From an uncultured delta proteobacterium (GTDB lineage Bacteria > Myxococcota > Myxococcia > Myxococcales > Anaeromyxobacteraceae), in contig CAWJSR010000023.1 in NCBI GenBank assembly GCA_963845515.1, positions 160,001 through 224,000 on the forward strand: DNA of 64,000 nucleotides, given 5' to 3'. A program made the position numbers and the translations under genes. Below the pieces are notes generated by a model. It was not told where the DNA came from. It made no database searches and was given only the letters and a program-made list of their open reading frames with translations. Position 1 is the first letter of the stretch. Every line of letters starts with the position of its first letter. Shown in pieces: positions 18,080 through 28,288 of the stretch.

Positions 18080-19444
18080 ATGGCCACGTCGACCACCCTC
18101 GACCTGATCGGCAACACCCCCGTCGTCCGCGTCGACCGGCTCGAGACCGGGCCGTGCGAGCTCTTCCTGAAGCTGGAGAGCCAGAACCCTGGCGGCTCCA
18201 TCAAGGACCGGGTCGGCCGCTCGATGATCGAGGCGGCCGAGCAGGCTGGCAAGCTCGGTCCGGGGCAGCGCCGCATCACCGAGGCGACGGCAGGAAACAC
18301 GGGGCTGGGGCTCGCGCTCGTCGCGGCGCGGAAGGGCTACCACCTGACGCTCGTAATCCCCGACAAGATGAGCCGCGAGAAGGTGATCCACCTGAAGGCG
18401 CTCGGCGTCGAGGTGATCATCACCCGCTCCGACGTCGAGAAGGGCCACCCCGCCTACTATCAGGACATGGCCGAGCGGATCGCCAGCGAGGACGGGTCCT
18501 TCTACGCCAACCAGTTCGGGAACCCCGCCAACCCGCTGGCGCACGAGCGGACGACCGGCCCCGAGATCCTGCAGGCCCTCGACGGCCGGATCGACGCGAT
18601 GGTCTGCGGCGTCGGCTCAGGCGGCACCATGACCGGGCTCTCGCGCTTCTTCGCGAGGACGGCCCCCACCTGCGAGATGGTCCTCGCCGATCCGGAGGGC
18701 TCGGTCCTCGCGGGCTACGTGAAGACCGGCAAGCTCGGGAAGGCCGGCTCCTGGCTCGTGGAGGGGATCGGCGAGGACTTCATCCCGCCGATCGCCGACC
18801 TGTCTCGCGTGCAGAAGGCCTTCACGATCACCGACCGCGAGAGCCTCCAGACGGCGCGCGACCTGCTCCGCGTCGAGGGGGTGCTCGGGGGCTCCTCGTC
18901 GGGGACGCTCCTCGCCGCGGCGCTCCGCTACTGCCGCGAGCAGTCCGTGCCGAAGCGGGTCGTCACGCTCGTCTGCGACAGCGGCAACAAGTACCTCTCG
19001 AAGCAGTTCGACGACGCGTGGATGGTCGATGCCGGCTTCGGCGCGCGCGAGGCGACGGGCGACCTGCGCGACCTCGTCACCCGCCGCTTCCTGGACGGGT
19101 CGGTGGTGACGGTGCAGCCTTCCGACACGCTCGCGATCGCCTTCGCGCGCATGAAGATCCACGGCGTCTCGCAGCTGCCCGTGGTGGAGGGGCAGCGGAT
19201 CGTCGGGATCGTGGACGAGTCGGACCTCCTCGCCGCAACGCTCGAGGACGAGGTGCACTTCGGCGACGCCGTGCGCGACGTCATGACGTCGCGGCTCGAG
19301 ACCGTCTCCCCCTCGACCCCCCTCGCGCGCCTGCTGCCGCTCCTCGCCGCCGGGATGGTGCCGATCCTGGTCGACGGAGATGCCTTCGTCGGGCTGGTGA
19401 CTCGGACCGACGTGCTCAACCACCTCCGTCGGAGGGTTCATTGA
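18080..19444 (+). CDS. cbs: Cystathionine beta-synthase with CBS domains
   Basis: IGNTP, NPGGSIKDR, EATAGNTGLGL, DKMSREK, VEGIGEDF, DSGNKYLSK; C-terminal CBS pair. Confidence 0.9.
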   Translation: MATSTTLDLIGNTPVVRVDRLETGPCELFLKLESQNPGGSIKDRVGRSMIEAAEQAGKLGPGQRRITEATAGNTGLGLALVAARKGYHLTLVIPDKMSREKVIHLKALGVEVIITRSDVEKGHPAYYQDMAERIASEDGSFYANQFGNPANPLAHERTTGPEILQALDGRIDAMVCGVGSGGTMTGLSRFFARTAPTCEMVLADPEGSVLAGYVKTGKLGKAGSWLVEGIGEDFIPPIADLSRVQKAFTITDRESLQTARDLLRVEGVLGGSSSGTLLAAALRYCREQSVPKRVVTLVCDSGNKYLSKQFDDAWMVDAGFGAREATGDLRDLVTRRFLDGSVVTVQPSDTLAIAFARMKIHGVSQLPVVEGQRIVGIVDESDLLAATLEDEVHFGDAVRDVMTSRLETVSPSTPLARLLPLLAAGMVPILVDGDAFVGLVTRTDVLNHLRRRVH

Positions 19445-20472
19445 CGCCGCCCACCGCCAGCGCGCTGTCCCACGCAGACGAGCCGTCGGCCTACGAGCCG
19501 AGGAGGCTCGGGCGTAACGGGCCGCTCGTGAGCCGGCTCGGGCTGGGGCTCGCCGCGCTCGGGCGCCCCGCGTACCACACGCTGGGGCACGACGCCGACT
19601 TCCCCGAGGGACGCGCCCCCGAGCAGCTGGAGCGGCGAACGCACGCCGTGCTCGACGCCGCGCTCGCGGCGGGGGTCCGCTACGTCGACGCCGCCCGCTC
19701 GTACGGCCGCGCCGAGGCCTTCCTGCGCTCGTGGCTGGAGAGCCGCCCCGTCGGTCGTGAGGTCGTCATCGGGTCGAAGTGGGGCTACCGGTACGTCGGC
19801 GACTGGAAGCTCGACGCCAGCGTGCACGAGGTGAAGGACCACTCGCTCGCCGGGCTCCGCGCGCAGGCGGCCGAGTCGCTCGCCCTGCTCGGCCCCTGGC
19901 TCTCCCTCTACCAGATCCACTCCGCGACCCCCGACAGCCCCGTGCTCGCCGACGGCGCCGTCCTGGATGAGCTGGCCAGGCTGAGGGACCGGGGGATCCG
20001 CATGGGCGTCACGGTCAGCGGCCCGTCGCAGTGCGAGGTCGTTCGCCGCGCGCTCGCGATCGAACGGGGAGGCGAGCCGCTCTTCGACGCGATCCAGGCG
20101 ACCTGGAACCTGCTGGAGCGCTCGGCGGAGCCAGCGCTCAGCGAGGCGCACGCCGCTGGGCGGGGCGTCATCGTGAAGGAGCCGCTCGCGAACGGGCGGC
20201 TCGGGCCGCGCGGGGACGCCGGCGCTGCAGGGCCCCTCGCGGAGGCGGCCCGGGAGGCGGGGAGCACCGTCGATGCGGTCGCGCTCGCCGCGGCCGCCGC
20301 CCAGCCCTGGGCCGACGTCGTCCTCATGGGCGCGGTCACGGTCGATCAGCTGCGCTCGAACCTCGGCGCGCTCGACCTCGAGCCGGACGAGGGCGAGCTC
20401 GCCGCGCTCACGGAGCTGCGCGAGGCGTCCGCGGAGTACTGGCGCCGCCGCGCCAGCCTGACCTGGAGCTGA
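19441..20472 (+). CDS. Aldo/keto reductase
   Basis: GLGLAALGRP, DAARSYGRAE, SKWGY, LYQIHS, QATWNLL; TTG start overlaps the cbs stop. Confidence 0.85.
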   Translation: MTPPTASALSHADEPSAYEPRRLGRNGPLVSRLGLGLAALGRPAYHTLGHDADFPEGRAPEQLERRTHAVLDAALAAGVRYVDAARSYGRAEAFLRSWLESRPVGREVVIGSKWGYRYVGDWKLDASVHEVKDHSLAGLRAQAAESLALLGPWLSLYQIHSATPDSPVLADGAVLDELARLRDRGIRMGVTVSGPSQCEVVRRALAIERGGEPLFDAIQATWNLLERSAEPALSEAHAAGRGVIVKEPLANGRLGPRGDAGAAGPLAEAAREAGSTVDAVALAAAAAQPWADVVLMGAVTVDQLRSNLGALDLEPDEGELAALTELREASAEYWRRRASLTWS

Positions 20473-20500
20473 GGGGACGACGCACTCTCAGAGCGGGAGC

Positions 20501-20532
20501 TTGCTTGCGGTCTGCCTGTCCGCTATAACAGA
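20501..20532 (+). promoter_or_regulatory. sigma70 promoter with sulfur box over the -10
   Basis: TTGCTT 20501-20506, 17 nt, TATAAC 20524-20529; TCCGCTATAACAGA 20519-20532; GTG at 20536. Confidence 0.75.
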
Positions 20533-20535
20533 CAC

Positions 20536-21195
20536 GTGGCAGTCATCACGGACATTGCGACCGCCAGTCACAGCCGCCCCACGGTCCTGATCCTCCCGGG
20601 CTGGAGGGGCTCCGGCCCGGGTCACTGGCAGACGGTGTGGCAGCGGGCTCGGCCCGACCTGCGCCGCGTGGAGCAGGCGAGCTGGAACGAGCCGCTGCTG
20701 GGGGACTGGGCCGAGCAGCTGGAGAAGGCCGTCCGCTCCGCGCCGTCCCCCGTCCTGCTCGTCGCTCACAGCCTCGCGTGCGCGCTGGTGGCTCACTGGG
20801 CGCGAGCCGGCTCCGTCGCGCGAGTGGCCGGGGCGCTGCTCGTGGCCCCCGCGGACGTCGACGATCCGTCGCTCGGGACGCCCCGGACCTTCTCGCCGAT
20901 GCCGCGTGAGCGGCTCCCCTTCCCCTCGTGGGTGGTGGGGAGCCGGAACGATCCCTTCGCGCCCTTCGAGCGGGCCGGGGCGCTCGCGCGTGCGTGGGGA
21001 GGTCAGTTCCTCGACGCCGGGATGAGCGGCCACATCAACGTCGAGTCGGGCCACGGTCCCTGGACGCGAGGCGCGGACCTGCTCGCCGCGCTGGAGCTCG
21101 AGCTCGCGCGTCGGATCGAGCGGCGACGCGCGGACGAAGCGCTTCATGCAGCGCACGGCGCGGCGCCGAGAGCCGCGAATGGAGGCCAGAGATGA
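20536..21195 (+). CDS. RBBP9/YdeN-family alpha/beta hydrolase
   Basis: LPGW.GSGPGHWQ, VAHSLAC, LLVAPAD, SRNDPF, GHIN. Confidence 0.88.
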   Translation: MAVITDIATASHSRPTVLILPGWRGSGPGHWQTVWQRARPDLRRVEQASWNEPLLGDWAEQLEKAVRSAPSPVLLVAHSLACALVAHWARAGSVARVAGALLVAPADVDDPSLGTPRTFSPMPRERLPFPSWVVGSRNDPFAPFERAGALARAWGGQFLDAGMSGHINVESGHGPWTRGADLLAALELELARRIERRRADEALHAAHGAAPRAANGGQR

Positions 21196-21617
21196 AGATC
21201 CTCGTCGCAGACCAGACGGGAGCGCTCGCGCCCCCGTGCATCATCTTCCTGTCCTACTGGGGGCACGAGGTGGAGGTTGTGAGCGACGGGCTCGCCGCGC
21301 TACGCACAGCGCGGAGCTGGCGCCCCGATCTCGTCCTCGCGCCGGTCGAGCTGGAGCGGATGGACGGGCTCACGCTCGCGGCGGCGCTGCGCGCCGTCGC
21401 CAGGACGTCGCCGGTGGAGGTGGCGCTCGCCGGGCCGCCGAACGCGGCGGCGCGCGAGCGGGCGCTCGAGGTCGGCGCCGTCGCCTACCTCGAGACGCCG
21501 CTCTCCGTGGTGGCGCTGGCGCTGACGGTGCAGCGGGTCGAAGAGTCGAGGCGGCTCAGGGAGCCGAGGCAGCCGGAGGCGCGGGGACGCCAGGCCGGCA
21601 GAAGGGGGGTCGCCTGA
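21192..21617 (+). CDS. Atypical (pseudo) receiver-domain protein
   Basis: MKILVAD, DG..AL, PDLVL, MDG.TL, GA.AYL..P; phosphoacceptor Asp absent. Confidence 0.7.
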   Translation: MKILVADQTGALAPPCIIFLSYWGHEVEVVSDGLAALRTARSWRPDLVLAPVELERMDGLTLAAALRAVARTSPVEVALAGPPNAAARERALEVGAVAYLETPLSVVALALTVQRVEESRRLREPRQPEARGRQAGRRGVA

Positions 21618-22690
21618 TGGCGGAGCCACTTCACCCCGACACGCACGCGATCCACGCCGACGAAGGGATCGAGCCTGCGTCCGACGTCGCGCCGCCGATC
21701 CACGTCGCGACGACCTTCACGGCGGGCGACCAGGCGGGGACCTTCTACTCACGGATCGACCAGCCGACCCGCCAACGGCTGGAGGCGGTCCTCGGCGCGC
21801 TCGACGGCGGCGACGCCATCACCTACTCGTCTGGGCTCGCGGCGGTGACGGCGGCCATCTCGGTCCTGCGGCCGAAGCGGGTGGCGATCGGCCGCGGGGG
21901 CTACTTCGGCACGCACGGCGCCATCGACGCGTTCGTGCCGTGGGGGGTCGAGAAGGTCCCCCTGGATGCTCCCGTGGGGGAGGGGGACGTCATCTGGTTG
22001 GAGACGCCCCTCAACCCGACCTGTGAGCTGCAGAGCATCGCGGCTCACGCCGCCCGCGCGGCCGCGGCAGGCGCGCGGCTCATCGTCGACGGGACCTTCG
22101 CGACCCCCGTCCTGCAGCGGCCGCTCGACCTCGGGGCAGACCTCGTCCTCCACTCGACGAGCAAGTACCTGTCGGGCCACTCGGACGCCCTGGGCGGCGT
22201 GCTCGTCGCTCGCTCTCACGCCCTCTCGAAGCGGCTGCGGGACGCACGAACGTACGCCGGCTCCGTCCCCGGGACACTGGAGACCTGGCTCACGCTGCGC
22301 GGCGTGCGGACGCTGGGGCTTCGGGTCCGGCACCAGACGGCGACGGCGACCCGGCTGGCGGCCTGGCTGGAGCCGCGCGTGGCGAAGGTCTGGCACCCGT
22401 CGCTCCGCTCCCACCCCCAGCACGACCTGGCCGAGCGACAGATGCGCGGCCCGGGGCCGATGCTGTCGATCGAGCTCGCCGACGAGGAGGCGGCGCGCGA
22501 CCTTCCGCGTCACTTGAAGCTCTTCCGGGACGCGACGTCGCTCGGCGGCGTCGAGTCGCTCATCGAGTGGCGCTACAAGCTCGACAAGGAGGCTCCCCCG
22601 GCGCTGCTCCGCGTGTCGGTGGGGCTGGAGGAGCCGGAGGATCTCATCGCGGACCTGGCCCAGGGGCTCGCGAAGGTGGCCGCGCGATGA
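21617..22690 (+). CDS. Cystathionine gamma-lyase/synthase family PLP enzyme
   Basis: [51 protein letters not shown]. Confidence 0.9.
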   Translation: MAEPLHPDTHAIHADEGIEPASDVAPPIHVATTFTAGDQAGTFYSRIDQPTRQRLEAVLGALDGGDAITYSSGLAAVTAAISVLRPKRVAIGRGGYFGTHGAIDAFVPWGVEKVPLDAPVGEGDVIWLETPLNPTCELQSIAAHAARAAAAGARLIVDGTFATPVLQRPLDLGADLVLHSTSKYLSGHSDALGGVLVARSHALSKRLRDARTYAGSVPGTLETWLTLRGVRTLGLRVRHQTATATRLAAWLEPRVAKVWHPSLRSHPQHDLAERQMRGPGPMLSIELADEEAARDLPRHLKLFRDATSLGGVESLIEWRYKLDKEAPPALLRVSVGLEEPEDLIADLAQGLAKVAAR

Positions 22691-23715
22691 CGGTCGAGGC
22701 GTCGGTCGTCGTCGGAGAGGGACAGGGGCTCCGCGCCGTGATGGAGCTGGTCGTGCGCGCGGCGCCGGCCGACGTCCCCATCCTCATCACAGGGGAGACG
22801 GGCTCGGGCAAGGAGGTGGTCGCCCGCGCCATCCACGAGCGCTCGTCCCGTGCGGCCGGGCCAATCATCCGGGTCAACTGCGGAGCGATCCCGACCGAGC
22901 TGGTGGACTCGGAGCTCTTCGGCCACGAGAAGGGGAGCTTCACGGGGGCCGTGGCCGCGCGGAAGGGATGGTTCGAGCGAGCCGACTCGGGGACCCTCCT
23001 CCTGGACGAGATCGGCGAGCTGACGCTGGCCGCCCAGGTTCGCCTGCTCCGCGTCCTGCAGGACGGCACCTTCGAGCGCGTCGGCGGGCAGCGGACCCTC
23101 TCCGTGAACGTCAGGATCGTCGCCGCGACCCACCGCGACCTGTCGCTCATGGTCGCGGCGGGCCAGTTCCGCAAGGACCTCTGGTACCGGCTGAGCGTCT
23201 TCCCCATCCACCTGCCGCCGCTGCGGGAGCGGACGGAGGACGTCGGCCCCTTCGCGACCCACTTCGCGGCGCAGGCGGGGACACGGCTCTTCGGCGCGCC
23301 CGTCATCCCGACCGAGGGGGACATCGCACTCCTGCAGGCGCACACGTGGCCCGGGAACGTCCGGGAGCTGGCGGCGGTGATCGAGCGGGCGGCGCTGCTT
23401 GGCGGCGGGCGGTCCCTCGCGATCGCGGCGGCGCTGGAAGGATCGGCGCAGATCGAGGACGTTCCGCGCTCGCCGATGCTGCTGCCGCCGCTGGCGCAGG
23501 CGCCGTCCGCCGCGCGGATCCCCACGCTCGACGAGGCGGTGACGGAGCACATCGAGCGGGCGCTCGCCAGCGTCGGAGGGCGGATCGAGGGGCAGGGCGG
23601 CGCCGCGGAGCTGCTCGGGATCAACCCGCACACGCTCCGGGCCCGCATGAGGAAGCTGGGGATCGACTGGGCTCGCTTCCGGGGTCGTCCCGGGCTTCGC
23701 TCGGTCGGGGGGTGA
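22687..23715 (+). CDS. sigma54-dependent activator lacking an N-terminal sensory domain
   Basis: GETGSGKE, ELFGHEKGSFTGA, LLDEIGE, WPGNVREL, C-terminal HTH. Confidence 0.92.
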   Translation: MTVEASVVVGEGQGLRAVMELVVRAAPADVPILITGETGSGKEVVARAIHERSSRAAGPIIRVNCGAIPTELVDSELFGHEKGSFTGAVAARKGWFERADSGTLLLDEIGELTLAAQVRLLRVLQDGTFERVGGQRTLSVNVRIVAATHRDLSLMVAAGQFRKDLWYRLSVFPIHLPPLRERTEDVGPFATHFAAQAGTRLFGAPVIPTEGDIALLQAHTWPGNVRELAAVIERAALLGGGRSLAIAAALEGSAQIEDVPRSPMLLPPLAQAPSAARIPTLDEAVTEHIERALASVGGRIEGQGGAAELLGINPHTLRARMRKLGIDWARFRGRPGLRSVGG

Positions 23716-24853
23716 CTCCCCCGGCGAGCTGACGCCACGCGAGCCAGCCGAAGAGGGGCGCCAGCAGGAGGAAGACGCCCTGCGTGCCGAGGGCGCGACC
23801 GATCAGGCCGCCGAGCAATCCTCCCACCAGCCCCCCGGACGAGCCCGAGAGCGACTGGAGGCACGAAGCGGCGTCCTGTCCAACGCGGGCGCCGACCCGG
23901 GCGGCCCGGATCAGGTTCTCCATCTGGACGAGGCCGAGCCCAGCGCCGAGCAGGAGGCTCCCCGCCCAGAGCCAAGAGCCGCTTCGCGCCAGCCCGAGCA
24001 GCAGGAGCCCGACGACTGCGGACCCGTAGGCAGCGAAGACGAAGCGGGACCGGTCCCAGCGAGAGGCGAGCCCGCCCATCGTGAGGAGCACGATGACGAA
24101 GCTCGCGGCCTGCGCGCTCAGGAGCCCGGCCGCGGCCGGCGCGCCGAACCCGTGCCGCTGGATCGCGACCGGGATGATGAAGAACGAGAAGCAGGTGAAG
24201 GTCCCCTGGGCTGCGAACTCGGTCGCGGCGAGAGGAAGCGTCTCCGGGTCGGCGCCGGCGATCCTCAGCGCCGCGCCCATCGCGCCCTCCGCCGCCGGCT
24301 GCGCTCCGTCGAGCACGCCCCGCGCCGCCCACGCGGGAAGGACGAAGCTGGCGGCGACGAACCACCACGTGACTGGAAAGCCGAGCGCCGCCACCACGGG
24401 GACGGCGATCGACGGCCCGAGGACGAACATGCTCAGGAGGTGGATGCCGCGGTACCAGCCGGCCCGGGCGTTTCCCTCGAGGGCTAGCCGCTGCATCGTC
24501 ACGACGTTGGTCGAGACGAAGCGGAGCGGCATGCAGAAGCCCACGCCGGTGAAGCACGCGACGAGGAACCAGGGCTGACGCACCAGCGGCACCGCCGCGC
24601 ACGCGAGCCCCCCGAGCAGGCTGCCGCCGATGAAGGCGCTCGCTGGGCCGTGGCGCCGCACCAGCGCGCCGCTCGGCAAGCTCATCAGGACGAGCCCCAG
24701 GCTCTGGCACGCGGCCAGGAGGCCGAGCTCGGTCGGAGAGGAGTGGATCGTGACCGCGTAGAGCGACGTGGCCACCCGCGCCAGCCCCGTGCTGAGCCCC
24801 GCGAGGGCCAGCACCGCCAGGAACGGCGCGATGGGGTCGGCGGCACGCCTCAC
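23621..24853 (-). CDS. MFS transporter (both ends uncertain)
   Basis: About 12 hydrophobic segments, G.LVRRHG loop; 3' end overlaps the convergent activator gene. Confidence 0.8.
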   Translation of the reverse strand: MRRAADPIAPFLAVLALAGLSTGLARVATSLYAVTIHSSPTELGLLAACQSLGLVLMSLPSGALVRRHGPASAFIGGSLLGGLACAAVPLVRQPWFLVACFTGVGFCMPLRFVSTNVVTMQRLALEGNARAGWYRGIHLLSMFVLGPSIAVPVVAALGFPVTWWFVAASFVLPAWAARGVLDGAQPAAEGAMGAALRIAGADPETLPLAATEFAAQGTFTCFSFFIIPVAIQRHGFGAPAAAGLLSAQAASFVIVLLTMGGLASRWDRSRFVFAAYGSAVVGLLLLGLARSGSWLWAGSLLLGAGLGLVQMENLIRAARVGARVGQDAASCLQSLSGSSGGLVGGLLGGLIGRALGTQGVFLLLAPLFGWLAWRQLAGGVTPRPSEARDDPGSEPSRSPASSCGPGACAG

Positions 24854-24863
24854 AGCGACGCGC

Positions 24864-25670
24864 TCACGGGTCGTGCGGGAAGCCGGCGACGACGAAGCCA
24901 CCCCCGGAGACGTCGAGGCGGGTGCCGGTGACGAACGAGGCCTCGTCGGAGAGGAGCCACAGGATCGGCTTCGCCACCTCGTCGGCGGTCGCCGGGCGGT
25001 TGATCGGGATGGTGGCGCTCACCGCAGCGAGCGCGGCCGCGTCCTCGGTGGCGCGACGGGTCATCGCGGTGCGGGTGAACCCGGGGCGCACGACGTTCAC
25101 CCGGATGCCACGCGCCGCGACCTCCTTGGCGAGCCCCACGCTGAACGCGTCCACCGCCGCCTTGGAGGCGGCGTAGGCGGAGGCCCCGGGCCGACCGCCG
25201 ATGGTCGCCGCCATCGAGGAGACGTTGACGATGGCGCCGCCGCCCGCGCGCGCGTCGAACCGCTTCACGGCCTCGCGGCTCGCGATGATGGTGCCGGTGA
25301 CGTTGGTGGCCCAGAGGGCCGCCAGGTCGGCCGCCGCGAAGCTCGAGATCGGGCCGTGCTTCCCGCCGATCCCGGCGCTGTTCACGAGTCCAGCGAGCGC
25401 GCGCCCGGCGAAGCGGGCGTCGACCTCGTCGAAGAGCCGGACGATCTCCTCCTCCTCCGCGACGTCTGCTCCGAAGGCGTGGATCTCGGCGCCCTTGGCG
25501 CGCAGCTCCGAGACGAGCGCCTCGGCCGCGGCGCGCTGGGAGCGGTAGGTGATGGCGACGGGGATGCCGCGGGCGGCGGCGTGGCGCGCCACCGAGGCGC
25601 CGATGCCGCTGGAGCCGCCGGTGACGAGGATGGGACCGGGCGTCGAGCCCTTGCGAGTGCAGTCGGTCAT
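24864..25670 (-). CDS. SDR-family oxidoreductase
   Basis: TGGSSGIG, VNSAG, VNVSS, YAASK, VRPG. Confidence 0.92.
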   Translation of the reverse strand: MTDCTRKGSTPGPILVTGGSSGIGASVARHAAARGIPVAITYRSQRAAAEALVSELRAKGAEIHAFGADVAEEEEIVRLFDEVDARFAGRALAGLVNSAGIGGKHGPISSFAAADLAALWATNVTGTIIASREAVKRFDARAGGGAIVNVSSMAATIGGRPGASAYAASKAAVDAFSVGLAKEVAARGIRVNVVRPGFTRTAMTRRATEDAAALAAVSATIPINRPATADEVAKPILWLLSDEASFVTGTRLDVSGGGFVVAGFPHDP

Positions 25671-25677
25671 GGACGCC

Positions 25678-26997
25678 TCAGACCTGGGGGAACTTCCACT
25701 GGGGGAGCCGGCCGCCGACGGCCTCGCCGGCTGCGATCCGGAAGGCGTCGTGCGTCGGGCTGCTGTTGCCGAGCGCGCCGTAGAGCTGCGCCGTGGTGTA
25801 GCCGTGCTTCGCGAAGATGGCGGCGACCTTCAGCGTCAGGTCGTAGTGCCAGCTGGCCTCGGGCGTGCGGTGCCCCTCCAGCGCCGAGCCCGGGTTCGGG
25901 CACCACTGCCCCGCGAAGCAGATGACCCCCCTCGAGGCGAGGTGCTCGACCCCCTGGAGGATCGAGTCCTTCGGCTCGATCCCGGCCACGATGTTGGAGC
26001 GGACGTTGCCCCGGCCGAACACCTCGGCCGCGCGCTCCAACGCCTTGACCCAGTGGTCCCAGCCGCCGCAGCGCTTCTGCTTGCCCGGGCAGATGGCCTT
26101 GAAGATGTCGCGATCCCAGATCTCCAGGTTCATCGCGAGCGTCGTGTAGCCGGCCTCGCGGTACTTCTCGAGGATCGACAGGTCGAGCGGAGCGCCGATC
26201 ACCGCCGTGCCGTGGATCTGCTTCACGCCGGTCCGCGACTTGATCTCGTCGGCGACGTCCAGGTAGTACTCCACCTCCCGCCGCTCAGGGATGAAGCCGC
26301 CGGTGACGTTGATGTGGTTGGCGAGGTTCAGCTCGTACGCGGCCGCGTAGACCTCGGCCACCTGTCGTGGCGTCTTGAGGAAGATGTTCTGCTTCCGGTA
26401 GGCGTCGGCCGTCGAGTTGATGTTGCAGTATCGGCAGTCGTCGCCTGTCTGCTTCAGGTCGCACTCGTTGCTGAAGAAGACGCCGATGCCCCCCTCCGGC
26501 GTGAAGTTGGCGATGTGGTCGAAGCCCTCGCCATCGCTCGTCTTGAGGTCGAGCAGCTTCGGCCGCTTGTAGAACTCGATGTCGGCGACCCGCTCCCCGT
26601 CCCGGTGGAGGACCGGCTTCCCCGAGTCGGCCTGGAGCCGGTAGCGGGAGTCGGGATCCCAGCGGAACGCGGTGAAGAGCCCGTGGGGCAGGTAGAACGC
26701 TGCCGGCAGCTCGAGGTCGCCGTGGTGCGCCTTGTCCATGTCGAAGAGCAGGTGGATCTGCTCCAGGTTCTCCGTGCCGATCCGGAACTGCCGGAGCGCC
26801 TCGCGGTCGAAGGCGATCCCCTCCACGCCGAGGGCGAGCTTCAGCTTCAGCTCCTCGAGCAGCACGCGCCGGGCGTCCTGCGCCCCGTCGGACGTCACCT
26901 CAGTGGTCTGGGTCTTCTGGCAGCTGGACGTCCCGCTGCAGCCGGTCCGGGCTCGGGCGTTGGCGGCGTTGGGCAGGGTCGTGACTGATTCGGTCAT
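25678..26997 (-). CDS. Radical SAM protein 1 (CX8CX2C, subtype A)
   Basis: NECDLKQTGDDCRYC, TGG, ICPGK, PNPGSALEGHR. Confidence 0.88.
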   Translation of the reverse strand: MTESVTTLPNAANARARTGCSGTSSCQKTQTTEVTSDGAQDARRVLLEELKLKLALGVEGIAFDREALRQFRIGTENLEQIHLLFDMDKAHHGDLELPAAFYLPHGLFTAFRWDPDSRYRLQADSGKPVLHRDGERVADIEFYKRPKLLDLKTSDGEGFDHIANFTPEGGIGVFFSNECDLKQTGDDCRYCNINSTADAYRKQNIFLKTPRQVAEVYAAAYELNLANHINVTGGFIPERREVEYYLDVADEIKSRTGVKQIHGTAVIGAPLDLSILEKYREAGYTTLAMNLEIWDRDIFKAICPGKQKRCGGWDHWVKALERAAEVFGRGNVRSNIVAGIEPKDSILQGVEHLASRGVICFAGQWCPNPGSALEGHRTPEASWHYDLTLKVAAIFAKHGYTTAQLYGALGNSSPTHDAFRIAAGEAVGGRLPQWKFPQV

Positions 26998-27028
26998 GGC
27001 GTTCTCCGTTCGAGGTTGGGTGGGGGGG

Positions 27029-28273
27029 CTAGGCCGGGGCGGGCTGGGCCGCCGCCTGCTTCGCCTTGCAGCACGGCCTGGCGGTCCGCTCCTCGCGCGG
27101 CAGGAAGGCGCGCCCCTCCTCGATCCTGTAGATGTCGTGGACGAGGGTCAGAGGGGCGGCGTTGGCGTCGTAGATCTGGTCCCACGTGTAGCCGGCCTTC
27201 CGGTAGATCTCGGCCGTCTGCTTCGCGACATCGAGGTGCCACGCCGGCTCGGGTGCGCGGTGCCCTTCGAGCGCCGAGCCGGGGTTGGGGAACCAGTTTG
27301 GCGAGATCGCCAGGATCCCCTTGGACGTGAGGTGCTCGATCCCCTCCAGCGTAGAGGCCTTGCTCTCGAGGCCGCCCACCATGTTGGAGCGCACGCGGCC
27401 GCGGCCGAAGACGTCTACCGCGCGCTCCAGCGCGTTGATCCAGTGCTTCTGGCCACCGCAGAGCTGGTCCTTGCCGGGGCAGTAGGCCCGGAAGAAGTGC
27501 TCGTTCCAGACCTCGATGTTGATCGCGAGCGTCCTGAACCCGACCTCCCTGTACTTCTCGATGATGGAGAGGTCCTGCGGCGCGCCGATGCAGGCGGTGC
27601 CGTTGAAGTCGGTCAGCCCGGTGTGCTCCTTGATGCTCTCGGCGACGTCCAGGTAGTAGTCCACCTCGCGCCGCTCCGGCACGAAGCCGCCGCTGATGGT
27701 GACGTGGCGCGCGCCGTCGGCGTACGCCGCCGCGACCGTCTCACCGATCTGGCGCGGGTACTTCCACTTCACCCCCTCGGCGTCGCCGTAGGTGTCCCGG
27801 GTCGCGTTGATGTTGCAGAAGAGGCAGTCCTTGCCGGTGGACTTGAGCGAGCACTCGTTGCTGTACGCCACGAAGACGACACCGTCGGTGTTGTTCACCG
27901 CGACCGTCTTCATGGCCGTCCCGTCAGAGGTCTTCTTCGCGTAGTAGGCTGGCCGCTTCACGAAGTCGACCGGGATGGACTCTCCGTCCCGGCGGACGAC
28001 GAAGTACTGCGTCCCGTCGCGCTCGAGCCTGTTGGCGGAGCGGCGCGTGTAGTTGAAGAGCGTGACGAGCCCGTTCGGCAGGACGAGGTAAGGGGGCAGC
28101 TCGAGCCCGACGTGCGTGTCGGTGTCGTACTCGAAGAGGCAGTGAACCTGCTCCTGGAGCCTCCCGCCCACGTCGAGCCCCTCGAAGATCCTGGGGTCGA
28201 AGTTGATCCCCTCCTGGCCGAGCTCGGCCTTCAGCTGGAGCTCGCGGTACAGCACGTCCTTGTCGGCAGCCAT
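27029..28273 (-). CDS. Radical SAM protein 2 (CX8CX2C, subtype B)
   Basis: NECSLKSTGKDCLFC, SGG, YCPGK, PNPGSALEGHR. Confidence 0.88.
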   Translation of the reverse strand: MAADKDVLYRELQLKAELGQEGINFDPRIFEGLDVGGRLQEQVHCLFEYDTDTHVGLELPPYLVLPNGLVTLFNYTRRSANRLERDGTQYFVVRRDGESIPVDFVKRPAYYAKKTSDGTAMKTVAVNNTDGVVFVAYSNECSLKSTGKDCLFCNINATRDTYGDAEGVKWKYPRQIGETVAAAYADGARHVTISGGFVPERREVDYYLDVAESIKEHTGLTDFNGTACIGAPQDLSIIEKYREVGFRTLAINIEVWNEHFFRAYCPGKDQLCGGQKHWINALERAVDVFGRGRVRSNMVGGLESKASTLEGIEHLTSKGILAISPNWFPNPGSALEGHRAPEPAWHLDVAKQTAEIYRKAGYTWDQIYDANAAPLTLVHDIYRIEEGRAFLPREERTARPCCKAKQAAAQPAPA

Positions 28274-28288
28274 CGGTGCAACTCCTGT

